A DNA stretch of 58,301 bases. Origin: a virus. Its lineage: Duplodnaviria > Caudoviricetes. The DNA is taken from IMG/VR virus record IMGVR_UViG_3300030101_000994, positions 1 to 58,301 of that record. One strand, 5' to 3'. The notes below the pieces were generated by a model that saw only the letters and a list, made by a program, of their open reading frames with translations, had not been told where the DNA came from and ran no database searches. The stretch's first letter is position 1. Each line of letters begins with the position of its first letter. A program made the translations under genes and the position numbers. Shown here in pieces: positions 9,732-20,402 of this stretch.

Positions 9732-12712
9732 TGGCTAAAAGGGGTAGACCACCAAAAAAAACTAGATTAGATAAAACTAAAGCTTTAGGTAGTGCAGGTT
9801 TAGCTGGATTAGGTAAAGGAATGAAAGGTTTAGGTAGAGGGATAAGTTATGGTACAGCACCTTTAGGATTAGCTTTTGGTGTACCCAATATAAAAGAGGG
9901 TATAGAAGAAGGAGATGTTTCTAAAACTTTTGTTGGTACGGGTGAAACTCTTGGTGGTCTTTATTCTTTAAGAGAGATAATAAGAAGATTGCCTGCTAAG
10001 AGCAGAAGTACAGCAATTTTAAAAGCAATAAATAAAGGATTAGATTATATACCTGGTGGTAAATTAACAAGAACTTTAAGTAAAAAAAGATTACCTGGAG
10101 AACAGACTTTTAGAGATAATCCAAGTTTAGCAGTACCAAGTTTAGTTGGGTTATATGGTGGAGAACAAGCTATTGATCAAATGGCTGATGTTTCAAGAGG
10201 TAAACCACCAGATGCTATGGTACAAGAAATAGCAAACATATTTAACGTAAGTCCAGAAGCTTTGCAACCACAAAGAGTTGTTACACAAGAACCAAGTGAA
10301 GAAGAAAAAGCAGAAAATTTAAGACTTGCTAGGTTAGACTCATACGAGCAAGCTGATGATAGAACTGGTTTAAAAGTAAATGTGCCTGAACTTGAAACTG
10401 AAACTGTTGACGAGCAAGCAGCCTTGACAGATGATTCACCTGACAGCGATGATAAAGATATACCTATTATAGCAGATAATACAGTTGACACTACTGAGAC
10501 AGAGGAAAAAGAAGATATTACTACAAATCAAGAGGTAGAGAAAACAGTAGAGCAAGATCAAGACCCTCGACAAAAAATTGTATCAGACACCGTTGCAGAA
10601 TTAGATAATATGGATCTTACTATATCAACTGGAGACGGCACTGATATTAATAATCCTAAAATAGTAGTGGGTGAAGATTTACCTGAAGAAGAGTCAAAAA
10701 TAGAACCTTTTAGTCAAAAAAATATGCAAGCTACTTTTGATAGATTAAAAAAAGTTGATGATCCTGTGCAGTTGATACTAGAAAGTAATATGAATGTTGA
10801 GGACTATGAAGACGCAGCTGTTAAATATAAACAAAATGCTTTGATAAGTATGAAATTGTTAAAAGATTTTGAAGCAGAAAACCCAAGAAATAAAATGACA
10901 TGGGATCAGTACAGAAATAAATTTAAAATTGATGCTAGAGATGAAACTAAAGATTTTATTTTGTTGAAGTTTGGACTTGGTTTGATGAGTGCAAGAACTG
11001 ATTTACCAGGTTTTAGTGGTTTTATGGATATTTTAGGCAGAGTAGGAGCTCAATCAGTGGATGAATTACAACAAGTTTATCAAGCAGAAAGAGCTAGACA
11101 ACAAAGATTACGTGAAAATTTTGCACAATACGAAATGCAACTCGAAAATAATGTAAGGGCAGATAAAGTAAATATGTTAAATTCACAACTAAGAATTTTT
11201 AACGATCTTAACAACAGTTTAATGAATTTAAACATTAAAAAAATAGATAATGATTTTCAATTAAATTTAGAACAAATGAGGTTAGAAGCTGATTTAAAAC
11301 AAAAGTTAATGGATATGAAGGCTGAAATGGCAAAAACCAATATAGAAATTACAAAAGACCTTATGGAAGCAGCAGATTTAAATCCTGAAACCGCTGATAA
11401 ATACACAATTTTATTTTCTCAAAATAATTTTTTACGAGGCACTCATATGCTTACTGGTATGAGCAAAGACGGTAAAATACAATTTGTTGATTCAAAGCTT
11501 TATGAAGATAAAGATAAAAATGTATTTATAGGAGACGGCTCTGCTAGAAATTTTATTCCTACTTATATTCATAACAATAGAGTTGACAGAGCAGTAGAAG
11601 TTTATGAAGACGAGCTTAAAGAACTAAATAAACAGATAAATCAAGAAAACGCTAAATTAATTACTGTAACTGTTGATGGTAAAGAACAAGTCCTTACTGA
11701 TGAATTGTTTCAAAAATTTAAAGACACTGAACAATTTAAAGATATTGATGAAGATCGACTAAATAACAATATAACAACAGTTGAAAAAATTAAAGAATTA
11801 AAAAGAGACAAATTTACTGTTGCAGGAAATATTGTTCAATTAGAGGACATAAGATTTAAAAAAGACAACACATCAAACCCACGTAAGGAAGAAATACCGT
11901 CTTGGATGAGAGGAGCGTTAACAAGTGCTAATTTAGCTTTAGGACAAACTGGTGAGATTTTAGCTTTGATGGACTATGCTCAAGCTAAAAATGATACCTC
12001 TCTAACTGGTTTTAGAGGTAGAATAGCAGAGCTGTTTTTAAATTTAAAAGATGTAGTTAATGCTACTGATCAAGAAGCAGTAAGTATTGACGACATAAAC
12101 AGTGAAATTACCAATAAAGCGATGAGTAATTTAATAAGTGAAAATGTAAAAATAGTAGATGCTAAGGGTAATGAAACAATTATCACTGTTGAAGAGATAA
12201 TGAAAAGAGCAGAAAAAGCAGGAGTTAAAGATTCTTTATTTGGGACAAATAGTAATCTTTATAAAAATATAGAGAAAAAAGCTGAATCTTTTATACAAGA
12301 TGGTAGTAAATTATCAGATGCTACAAAAAGAGCTATTCAAACAAGATTACGTGTTTTAGAAACCGTATTGACTTTCCAATTAGCTAATGCTTTAAAAGAA
12401 CAAGATCGTCTAACTGAAAAAAATATTGAAGAAGCAAGAAAGTTATTAAACTTATTTGGTTTTACAGGCCCTGGTGGTGTTAGAAACAGGGTATTAGCTA
12501 CACAAAAAACTATAAAAGAAAGATTTATATCAAATGTAAGAAATGCTCATTCTTCTGGAATGAAAGAGTCTGAAATAAATAATCTTGCAGAACAAATATA
12601 TTATGAGGTAAAACAAGAACATTTGAATAAACGAGTTGCAAACTATTTAAAGGTGCCAGAAAAAAATATAATTAGTATACAAGAAGAGTTACAAAAAAGT
12701 ATTGGAGAATAA
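9731..12712 (+). CDS. Large internal virion (ejection) protein with N-terminal AT-hook
   Basis: 993 aa helical/coiled-coil; KRGRPPKK at the N-terminus; position. Confidence 0.55.
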   Translation: MAKRGRPPKKTRLDKTKALGSAGLAGLGKGMKGLGRGISYGTAPLGLAFGVPNIKEGIEEGDVSKTFVGTGETLGGLYSLREIIRRLPAKSRSTAILKAINKGLDYIPGGKLTRTLSKKRLPGEQTFRDNPSLAVPSLVGLYGGEQAIDQMADVSRGKPPDAMVQEIANIFNVSPEALQPQRVVTQEPSEEEKAENLRLARLDSYEQADDRTGLKVNVPELETETVDEQAALTDDSPDSDDKDIPIIADNTVDTTETEEKEDITTNQEVEKTVEQDQDPRQKIVSDTVAELDNMDLTISTGDGTDINNPKIVVGEDLPEEESKIEPFSQKNMQATFDRLKKVDDPVQLILESNMNVEDYEDAAVKYKQNALISMKLLKDFEAENPRNKMTWDQYRNKFKIDARDETKDFILLKFGLGLMSARTDLPGFSGFMDILGRVGAQSVDELQQVYQAERARQQRLRENFAQYEMQLENNVRADKVNMLNSQLRIFNDLNNSLMNLNIKKIDNDFQLNLEQMRLEADLKQKLMDMKAEMAKTNIEITKDLMEAADLNPETADKYTILFSQNNFLRGTHMLTGMSKDGKIQFVDSKLYEDKDKNVFIGDGSARNFIPTYIHNNRVDRAVEVYEDELKELNKQINQENAKLITVTVDGKEQVLTDELFQKFKDTEQFKDIDEDRLNNNITTVEKIKELKRDKFTVAGNIVQLEDIRFKKDNTSNPRKEEIPSWMRGALTSANLALGQTGEILALMDYAQAKNDTSLTGFRGRIAELFLNLKDVVNATDQEAVSIDDINSEITNKAMSNLISENVKIVDAKGNETIITVEEIMKRAEKAGVKDSLFGTNSNLYKNIEKKAESFIQDGSKLSDATKRAIQTRLRVLETVLTFQLANALKEQDRLTEKNIEEARKLLNLFGFTGPGGVRNRVLATQKTIKERFISNVRNAHSSGMKESEINNLAEQIYYEVKQEHLNKRVANYLKVPEKNIISIQEELQKSIGE

Positions 12713-15700
12713 ATGTCAGAGTTAAGTTCAGATTTTATTACTAGATTTCGCAGAGCGGTAGAAGAACGTAGATTCAATCCCGATGGGTTATCTAAAGAAG
12801 CTGCACAAGAAGTGGATTCATTATTTAGGTCTGGTGCTGTAGCAGGTTTTAACTCATTAGGAGACTATGTTGATGAAAGACAAGCAGCAAAAATAGCTCG
12901 TGCTACAGAATATGCAGAGGCGGCTGAACCTGGTCGTACTGCTATTAGAGAAGCTACAGGTATAGATGTAACTAGGCCCGGATTAGAGTTTGGTGGTGAA
13001 GTCATTGGTGCTACTTCAGCTTATTTAGCTAACAGAACTAATTTAAGTGAAGCTTATAAAAGATCAAAACTAAGTCCTGTAAAGATAGACTTTATCAACA
13101 GTAGTAAAAATTTAGGTCAAGTTTTAGAGGGAGCTAAATTAAAAGGCAAAGCAGGTTTAATAAAATCGGCAATAAGTATATTACCTAGAACAGCAAACTT
13201 TTTAAAAAGAGTATCTAATGTTTTTGTAGGCAGAGATTACTCCTCTACTGCTAAAAGAGTTGGAGTATATTCAGCATTATCTGGAGCAGGTGGTGCCGCC
13301 GCAGGTTCTATTACTTACGATACTATTAATATGCAAAGAGATTTCGCAACCAATGCGACTTTAGATCTTGGTAAAATATCAGAGAACGAATTACAAAAAC
13401 TACCAACAACTGAGCGTATGGAAGTCGCTGCTATAAACGCTTTTAAAAATTCATTACTGTGGACTGGTGGCACGAGTGCTGCTTTAACTGGCGTACTAAG
13501 ACTAGGCTCTTTTGCTGGTAAGGCTTTGACTGGTACAACTGGTAAAGAAGCTAGAACTTTAGCTTTGTCTGCAAGAAAACTTATGGGTAATGATGGTATA
13601 CCTTTAATCTTATTAGCTAATAATAAAAACACTTTTGGTGCTATTATTAGAGGATTCTTTACAGCAGGTGGTTTGATACCTGGAGTAGGTAGTGTTGGTG
13701 ACAATGCTAAAAGAAAATTGGTAGAACAAGGTATGGCAAAATTTACTTCAGAATTATCTCAAGCATATGGTTTTATAAGTCACAATGAAATATTTGGACA
13801 CACTCTCGGCCCAGTGTTACGAAAAAATTATGTAAAAAATATGAAATTAATTGACACCAAATTTGGACACACAAAAGAAGCTGCAGAGTTAATAGATCCA
13901 GATAACACTTTTAGAATGATTCCAACCACTAATTTAAAAACAGCTATGACTAGTTTTAGTGACACTATGGATGAAAACACATTAAAAACTATTAAAGAAA
14001 CTATCAGTCGTGGTGATCCTTTTATAGACCCAAACATAGTAAAGGCATTACCTAATAGAAAATTGTTAAAAACTTTAACTGATTTTTTAGTAGATGGAGA
14101 GAACATACCAAAATTTATGACACCAAAAGAGTATCAAGGTTTTATTACTATGTTAAATAATGTTATAAAGCAAAGTGGTAAAGGTGATGATTTACTATTG
14201 TATACAAAGGGTATGCGTGCAGCTATGGAGTCCGATTTAAATTCTGTAGCTAAGAAAAAATTTAGAAAAGATTTTGTAAGACTTGCACAAGAAAACCCTC
14301 AAATAAAAGCTAATTTAGATTCTATTGATTCAGGTAATATAGTAGAAGTAGCTGGCACAAAATTTATGAAGAGAAACGATGCTATGATAGGACCTGCATT
14401 ACCTAATACTTTTGTTGGCGAGGCAAGTGCTGTGAAGAAAGAATATTTAAAACATCTGATGGATGGTGTAGATAATTTTGGCAAAAGTTTAACTGCTTCA
14501 AATGATTTTATGAGCCGTATGCTACAACCTTATGAGAGAACTTTATCAAGAAAACTGGCAAGAACTGCTGATAAAAATTTATTTAGCACTTATAATTTAT
14601 TAGATATTGTTGGAGAAGGTGTACCTGCTGATCAAGTTTTTAAACATTTAGCAAGAGATGTTTTACAATCAGGTAGTAAAGGCACCATACAAGATTTTAA
14701 AATATTATTAGGAACAAATCAAAGAAAAGGAGCTGCCTTAGGTAGAGATTACTTTCAAAGATTAAAACAAAATCATATATTTGATGCTTTTTTTAATGCT
14801 TTTGAAAAACCAGAATTAATTAAAATGGGTGGTATAAAAAGCACTTCTGAAATATTTGATGAAGCTATGAAAAAAAGGTTATTTAGTAAAAAACTTTTTA
14901 AAGAGGGTATTCAAGATGCTACTGAAAAAAATGTAATCAACCCTTATGATTTAAATGCAGATGCTATATTAAGAGATAAAAAGTTTCTTGAAATTGATCA
15001 AAGAAAATTACAAGCTGATGTAGGACAGTTAGGAGATTTTAATGCTGATAAATTTATTAAAAATTTAAAACTAGATTCTAAAGAAGGCGTAGAAGCTTTT
15101 ATAGAAATGATAGCAGATGGCACAGGTAAAGCTGAGTATGCTATGGCAAAAAACTATGTTGAAAATAGTGTATTACCTTTTATACAATCTATGAAAAATA
15201 TATCTGATATGAGAATAGGCAGTGTGTCCTCTATGATTGCAAGACAGACTCAATTAGGAGGAGCTAGAGGGTTTCTTTTTGCAGGCCCTATGGTGGGTGC
15301 TTTAGCAGGTTCTACTTTAGCTGCTACTGGTTTACTAGAAGCTTTGACTATACCTTTAATGTTAAGAGGTATTGGCTATTTACTTACAAGACCTAAACTA
15401 GCTACCAAATTATTAGATGCTTATTTACCTGAGGAGTTGATAGCTAAAAAGTTTAAGACTGATGCTTTGGGTAGACCTACCACATTCAAAGCAACGGCAG
15501 CTGAAGGATTACCATCTAAACGTAGAGCGTTAGGTGCTATAATAAATTTAATTAATGATGAAACACAAGACTCTTTACAAATTAATTTAGACAAATTATC
15601 TGATCAAGAAATACAAGAAAAGCAACTAGAAATACGTGATGCAATAATGAACGCACCTACTGTCTTACCTGATGATACTTTTAGTCCTGAGTTTTTACCT

Positions 15701-16087
15701 GACGATGAAAGACAAAGATTATATCCAGAGTATGAAGCATTTGCTAATGCAAGTAATGAAGATAAAACCGCATATTTACAATATATAGAAGGTTTAAGAA
15801 AAGGTAAGCTTAGAGCAGATATTGCTATGGAGGCTGAAGATATTACAGAAGATGAAATGCTTATGGCTATTCAAGGCACACCACGACAAGAAGATAGACC
15901 CGTGGCTCCCGAACCTGTCCAAGAACAATTTACTCCAACCGCACCTGTACAACTACAAACAGGCAACAATCAAATTAATCAAGCTGGTTTAAATTTAGAC
16001 CAGTTTGCTTCTCTATTTCCAGACGATCCTATGGGTCAACTTATAGCTGATAGAAGAAAAAGTGTAGGAGGACCTAAGATTGGATGA
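12713..16087 (+). CDS. Large internal virion (ejection) protein
   Basis: 1124 aa, helical with hydrophobic G/A segments; C-terminal FASLFPDD motif. Confidence 0.55.
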   Translation: MSELSSDFITRFRRAVEERRFNPDGLSKEAAQEVDSLFRSGAVAGFNSLGDYVDERQAAKIARATEYAEAAEPGRTAIREATGIDVTRPGLEFGGEVIGATSAYLANRTNLSEAYKRSKLSPVKIDFINSSKNLGQVLEGAKLKGKAGLIKSAISILPRTANFLKRVSNVFVGRDYSSTAKRVGVYSALSGAGGAAAGSITYDTINMQRDFATNATLDLGKISENELQKLPTTERMEVAAINAFKNSLLWTGGTSAALTGVLRLGSFAGKALTGTTGKEARTLALSARKLMGNDGIPLILLANNKNTFGAIIRGFFTAGGLIPGVGSVGDNAKRKLVEQGMAKFTSELSQAYGFISHNEIFGHTLGPVLRKNYVKNMKLIDTKFGHTKEAAELIDPDNTFRMIPTTNLKTAMTSFSDTMDENTLKTIKETISRGDPFIDPNIVKALPNRKLLKTLTDFLVDGENIPKFMTPKEYQGFITMLNNVIKQSGKGDDLLLYTKGMRAAMESDLNSVAKKKFRKDFVRLAQENPQIKANLDSIDSGNIVEVAGTKFMKRNDAMIGPALPNTFVGEASAVKKEYLKHLMDGVDNFGKSLTASNDFMSRMLQPYERTLSRKLARTADKNLFSTYNLLDIVGEGVPADQVFKHLARDVLQSGSKGTIQDFKILLGTNQRKGAALGRDYFQRLKQNHIFDAFFNAFEKPELIKMGGIKSTSEIFDEAMKKRLFSKKLFKEGIQDATEKNVINPYDLNADAILRDKKFLEIDQRKLQADVGQLGDFNADKFIKNLKLDSKEGVEAFIEMIADGTGKAEYAMAKNYVENSVLPFIQSMKNISDMRIGSVSSMIARQTQLGGARGFLFAGPMVGALAGSTLAATGLLEALTIPLMLRGIGYLLTRPKLATKLLDAYLPEELIAKKFKTDALGRPTTFKATAAEGLPSKRRALGAIINLINDETQDSLQINLDKLSDQEIQEKQLEIRDAIMNAPTVLPDDTFSPEFLPDDERQRLYPEYEAFANASNEDKTAYLQYIEGLRKGKLRADIAMEAEDITEDEMLMAIQGTPRQEDRPVAPEPVQEQFTPTAPVQLQTGNNQINQAGLNLDQFASLFPDDPMGQLIADRRKSVGGPKIG

Positions 16088-16310
16088 GATGATGTTTTGG
16101 AACATCTTGCTGACTATTTTAGCCTCAGCGTTTGGCTGGGCATTTAGCAAAATGTTTGCAGAAGTAAAACGCTTACAAATACTACTCAATAAAACCAGGG
16201 AAGAGTACCTGCCTCGTGACGATGCAAAGTCACAGACTTCTCAGATTCTAGAACAACTTCGTAGATTAGAAGTTAAACTAGATAGGTTTATTGAGAAACA
16301 AAATGGTTGA
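16080..16310 (+). CDS. Small membrane-anchored coiled-coil protein
   Basis: N-terminal TM segment, then LLNKTREEY coiled coil. Confidence 0.6.
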   Translation: MDEMMFWNILLTILASAFGWAFSKMFAEVKRLQILLNKTREEYLPRDDAKSQTSQILEQLRRLEVKLDRFIEKQNG

Positions 16311-16944
16311 TCCCGTCACTGCTGGAGCTGCTGTTCTTTCAGGAATTAAATTAGTTAAACAAAGTGTAGATTTTGTTAAACAGCAAATACAAACTTGCAA
16401 TGATATTGGTGATTTAGTAGGTCATATTGATAAAGCTATGATGGGTGAACAACAAGTTATCAAAGCTCGAGATTCAAAAAATGTTGACCATTTTGCTGTA
16501 GAGAACGTGGCCCAAGAAGTAATAGATGCTAAATTAGCTAGAGAACAATTAAATGAAATGAAAAATTTAATTAATTTACGCTTCGGCCCAGGCACATGGG
16601 AGTTTATTTTACAAGAAAGAAAAAAACGTATTGATGCAAAGAAACAAGCTATAAAAGAGGCAAAAGCAAAAAAGTTAAAACAACAAAAAGAAATGTACGA
16701 TATGATAAGGATGGGGTTTATAGTATTAGCAGTGATAAGTTTTATAGCAGTGGCTATAGGTATTACAGTAAAAATTGTTTTAGCTCATTCACTTTTAGAG
16801 GGAGATGAAAAATCATGTATGTTGTACGAGCCAAAATATTTTATGATATGTATGAATGAGGGCAGAGGATATGCAGATACAGAATTATATTTAGATTACA
16901 AAAAAATTAGAGATAACTGGATTGTCGAAGACGATGAAAAGTAG
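16303..16944 (+). CDS. Membrane protein with coiled coil
   Basis: Probable ATG start (MVDPVTAG); one TM helix near the C-terminus. Confidence 0.55.
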   Translation: MVDPVTAGAAVLSGIKLVKQSVDFVKQQIQTCNDIGDLVGHIDKAMMGEQQVIKARDSKNVDHFAVENVAQEVIDAKLAREQLNEMKNLINLRFGPGTWEFILQERKKRIDAKKQAIKEAKAKKLKQQKEMYDMIRMGFIVLAVISFIAVAIGITVKIVLAHSLLEGDEKSCMLYEPKYFMICMNEGRGYADTELYLDYKKIRDNWIVEDDEK

Positions 16945-16950
16945 TATACT
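16922..16950 (+). promoter_or_regulatory. Sigma70-like promoter
   Basis: TTGTCG-17-TATACT upstream of the AAGGAG RBS of 16978. Confidence 0.5.
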
Positions 16951-16977
16951 GATAGTGTTATAACAAAGGAGTTTCTT

Positions 16978-17517
16978 ATGAGAAAAACTAAAGGGTACAG
17001 CAAAGGTGGTGCTAAAATGATGAGAGCCAGAGGTGGTAAGATGGCTAAAGGTTACTCAAAAGGCGGTGCAAGAATGATGAAAGCTATGGGTGGTAAAATG
17101 GCATCCAAAGGCGGCACAAGAATGATGCGTGCTATGAAAGGTAAAATGGCTAAAGGTTATTCTAAAGGTGGCACAAGAATGATGATGAAAGCTATGGGTG
17201 GCAAAATGGCTAAAGGTTACGCCAAAGGTGGATCTAAAATGATTAGAGCTCAAGGTGGTAAAGAGATTAAAAGACCTAAAAATATGATTAGTAGTGTTAG
17301 GACTATGAAAAAAGATCCTATGACTAAAAGACAATTGCAACTAGGTGGAGCAGGAGGAACTAGCAAACTAGCAAGTATGATTAATAAGTTACCAAGAGCT
17401 AGTAAATTAGCTTTATTAGGTGGTTTAACAGCAGGAACAATATCTCTTGTAAAAGAATTAAAACCTAAAGCCAAAGAAGCTGGAAGAAAACTTAGAAAAG
17501 CAAAAAACAAAAAATAA
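16978..17517 (+). CDS. Highly basic K/M/G-rich repeat protein (tandem xxGG units)
   Basis: AAGGAG RBS; repeats such as KGYSKGG, KAMGG, RARGG. Confidence 0.8.
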   Translation: MRKTKGYSKGGAKMMRARGGKMAKGYSKGGARMMKAMGGKMASKGGTRMMRAMKGKMAKGYSKGGTRMMMKAMGGKMAKGYAKGGSKMIRAQGGKEIKRPKNMISSVRTMKKDPMTKRQLQLGGAGGTSKLASMINKLPRASKLALLGGLTAGTISLVKELKPKAKEAGRKLRKAKNKK

Positions 17518-17518
17518 C

Positions 17519-17546
17519 TTGCAATATATCTTATAAGTCTTATGAT
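17519..17546 (+). promoter_or_regulatory. Sigma70-like promoter with operator half-site
   Basis: TTGCAA-16-TATGAT; ATATATCTTATA overlaps the spacer; ATG lies 5 nt downstream of the -10. Confidence 0.5.
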
Positions 17547-17551
17547 GAGGT

Positions 17552-18244
17552 ATGGCATACTTAACTGCAAACATACCTTACTTCAAAGTGTGGATACGAA
17601 GAGAGTTTACTCATAACCATCGGAACTATCACGGCGAGTTCTTACACGGACTTGCCATTGCAGTTACTGCGATACCAGATCGCTCCTTATCTTTCCAAGT
17701 CGTTTTCACGGGGTGTGAAGACGAAGAGAACCGTGTGACATCTCCTCACGGTGGAGCGATGTGGGCTCGTATGCCTATACAATCCTTAGTGGCTGACGAA
17801 GAACTAGAACAATTTCCTCCAAGAATTCCTAATCATTTCGTACAGCCTTGGGATTGTTCTAGCAGACATTTTAGTATTGTAAGATATGATCGAACAAGTA
17901 GTTCTCCTTGGATAGTCAAAATAGATGGGCAGTTCTACAATGCAAAGTATTATTTTACAATTGATTACACAAATGGAGATGAGATCACCAGCCTAGGTGA
18001 TGATGTAGCTCAACATAAACAAAGTCATATCTTAGCGATTACCAATGGTGAGTTTGCTGGACAGATAGTAGCTCAACCTAACAATAGAGTTCGTGTTACT
18101 AATCCTGCGTTATGGGTAACAGGTTCAGGTGCTCCTGATTTTATACCAAGTCAACACGAGTTTGCCGCAGAAGAAGATGAGTCCTACATGGATCCGAACT
18201 ATACCTTTAATAATCTGTACTCTAATGAAGATACAGACAAGTAA
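17552..18244 (+). CDS. Hypothetical phage protein
   Basis: 230 aa; GAMWARMP, QPWDC and QPNNR motifs; function not recognised. Confidence 0.7.
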   Translation: MAYLTANIPYFKVWIRREFTHNHRNYHGEFLHGLAIAVTAIPDRSLSFQVVFTGCEDEENRVTSPHGGAMWARMPIQSLVADEELEQFPPRIPNHFVQPWDCSSRHFSIVRYDRTSSSPWIVKIDGQFYNAKYYFTIDYTNGDEITSLGDDVAQHKQSHILAITNGEFAGQIVAQPNNRVRVTNPALWVTGSGAPDFIPSQHEFAAEEDESYMDPNYTFNNLYSNEDTDK

Positions 18245-18938
18245 TGAAAAAATAATATTAACTGACGTAGAGTTTGTTAATAAATATCCTTACAAAGAAT
18301 ATGAACGAAATGATGAGGAGGTGCGAACTTACTCAGTATCCGATAAGAAAGTGCCAAGTGTCACTACCATATTATCTGCAACACAAAGCAAAGAAAAACA
18401 AGAAGGTCTACAAAGATGGAGAGAACAAGTAGGCAAGGATGAAGCCGCACGAATCACGAAACAAGCCTCTACTCGAGGCACAGAAATGCACTATGTATTA
18501 GAACAATATTTACAAGGTCAAGGCTATTTAAACTTATCACCAAAGGGTGAACAAGCTCGTATGATGGCTCACACTATATTAGCTAATATGCAAGATGTAA
18601 CAAAGGTGTATGGCACAGAAGTAAATTTAGAATACAAACAAAGATGGGCTGGAACTTGTGATTTAGTTTTTGAATCTGAAGGTGGTTTAGCTCTTGGTGA
18701 TTTTAAACAATCTAACAAACCAAAACGAGAAGAATGGATCACAGATTATTATTTTCAGTTGGCAGCATATGCTTTAGCTCACAGTCTACATTTTGAAGAT
18801 GTGCAACGTTGCGTCATTTATATGTGTACTCCCGGACTAATCTTTCAAAAGTTCATTATGCCAAAGGATATGTTAGAAGATTACAAAGTGCGATGGTTAG
18901 AACGAGTAGATAAATATTATAGCTTAGTTGAAGTCTAG
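18225..18938 (+). CDS. PD-(D/E)xK exonuclease (Cas4/MGME1-like)
   Basis: PSVTTIL, RGTEMH, AGTCD, DFKQS, QLAAY motifs; ATG at 18225 preferred to the track start at 18129. Confidence 0.85.
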   Translation: MKIQTSNEKIILTDVEFVNKYPYKEYERNDEEVRTYSVSDKKVPSVTTILSATQSKEKQEGLQRWREQVGKDEAARITKQASTRGTEMHYVLEQYLQGQGYLNLSPKGEQARMMAHTILANMQDVTKVYGTEVNLEYKQRWAGTCDLVFESEGGLALGDFKQSNKPKREEWITDYYFQLAAYALAHSLHFEDVQRCVIYMCTPGLIFQKFIMPKDMLEDYKVRWLERVDKYYSLVEV

Positions 18939-20330
18939 TATATCTTCTCCTAAAGTCTTAGCAGATATTTCTAATTTTCTTTTTAGAGCGTGTAAAATAT
19001 ATTTATCGATGGTGTTTTCTGTAATTAAATCTATATAATTTACTACATTCTTTTGTCCTTTTCTGTGAGCTCTATCTTCTGATTGCACTCTTTGTTCTAA
19101 ATTAAAATTATTACAATAATAAATCACGGTGTTTGCTGCAGTTAAAGTTAAACCTATACCCCCCGTGCTGGGGTTTGCTACAAAGAAACGAACCTCTTTA
19201 TCATTTTGAAAGTCCTCTACTCTTTTGTGTCTATCTTTGACAGACACTTCACCATAAAAGGTTACTACACTTTTTTTACCATACTTATTAACTAAGGCTT
19301 CAGCAATTTTATTAATGGTATATACATAGGTGCTCCATATAATAATCTTATCATCTGTTTCTCCTATAATATTAAATAGTTCGTTAATTTTATTAGAAGA
19401 TAAATCTATACGTTTGCCATCATCTGTCATAACATAACCATTAGCTACTTGATGTAATTTAACTATCTCTGTCAATCTGTTTTGATAAGTAGCCTCTTTA
19501 TTTTTTAAAACAGTTCTTGCGTTCTTTTTAAGTTCTCCATATATTCTTTTTTGTTCTGGTGTCATAGGTACAATACGAGTATGAAATATCTTTGGAGGTA
19601 AATCTAAACATTCGTTTTTTCTAGTTCTGTAACTAAAACCTCTTAATATATTTAAAAGTTTATCTAAATTTACAAACTTATAAGGCTCTTGTATGACTCT
19701 ACCTGTAATTGTAGTAATTGGTTTTAGTAATGAGTATGATGCTCTAAAAGCATAATAATTATCACTACCTAAAAGCCCGGGCCTAAGAAAGTTACACTGA
19801 CTAAATAAATCTAAAGGGCTTTTGGTTACAGGAAAGCCACTTAATATTCTTTTGTAACGCACCCCTTTTGTTAATCTAATTATATTTTTAGTTCTTTTTG
19901 CAGTTCTGTTTTTAATCCAAGTCGATTCGTCCACGACACACGCCATACTATTTCTCATCTGCTGCACATAATTTTCTACCTTTGCTATACCTGACTGATG
20001 TGAAAAAGCCTCTGTATTTATTAAGTAGTAATTTAAACTATCATCTTTATATACAAATTTTTTATCTATCTTGTAACGAAAAACATTTGTTCTTACACTA
20101 CTGTGAGTTCTTATTTCATCAGCCCAAGTCATATAGTTAGAATTAGGTGCTATCACCAATACAAATTTAATTTTATTATGTAAGTAAAGAAAACTCATAT
20201 CGTCTATAGTTACTTTAGTTTTGCCTGTACCCATATCCATAAACAAAGCAAAATAGTCCTGATTTTTGACTAAATTAAAAGCCTCTACTTGGTGATCCAT
20301 AGGCTGTGTCTTAAAATATCTTTTATCCAT
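18924..20330 (-). CDS. SNF2-family (SF2) helicase
   Basis: MGTGKT, VDES, LSGFP, GLTLTAA, QSEDRAHRKGQ; likely start MDKRYF. Confidence 0.9.
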   Translation of the reverse strand: MDKRYFKTQPMDHQVEAFNLVKNQDYFALFMDMGTGKTKVTIDDMSFLYLHNKIKFVLVIAPNSNYMTWADEIRTHSSVRTNVFRYKIDKKFVYKDDSLNYYLINTEAFSHQSGIAKVENYVQQMRNSMACVVDESTWIKNRTAKRTKNIIRLTKGVRYKRILSGFPVTKSPLDLFSQCNFLRPGLLGSDNYYAFRASYSLLKPITTITGRVIQEPYKFVNLDKLLNILRGFSYRTRKNECLDLPPKIFHTRIVPMTPEQKRIYGELKKNARTVLKNKEATYQNRLTEIVKLHQVANGYVMTDDGKRIDLSSNKINELFNIIGETDDKIIIWSTYVYTINKIAEALVNKYGKKSVVTFYGEVSVKDRHKRVEDFQNDKEVRFFVANPSTGGIGLTLTAANTVIYYCNNFNLEQRVQSEDRAHRKGQKNVVNYIDLITENTIDKYILHALKRKLEISAKTLGEDILDFN

Positions 20331-20337
20331 ATGAGAT

Positions 20338-20382
20338 ATATTATAATTTATTATTGACATTGTAAACTAAAAATATTATATA
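20338..20382. promoter_or_regulatory. Divergent sigma70-like promoters
   Basis: Plus strand TTGACA(20354)-17-TATATA; minus strand TTTACA-17-TAATAT. Confidence 0.6.
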
Positions 20383-20402
20383 TTGTTTTAAAGGAGGTCA
20401 AT

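Noticed and set aside
16978-17517. True histone, or double-glycine bacteriocin/RiPP precursor
   Set aside because: No histone fold is evident, and I found no C39 peptidase/ABC transporter or RiPP maturase.
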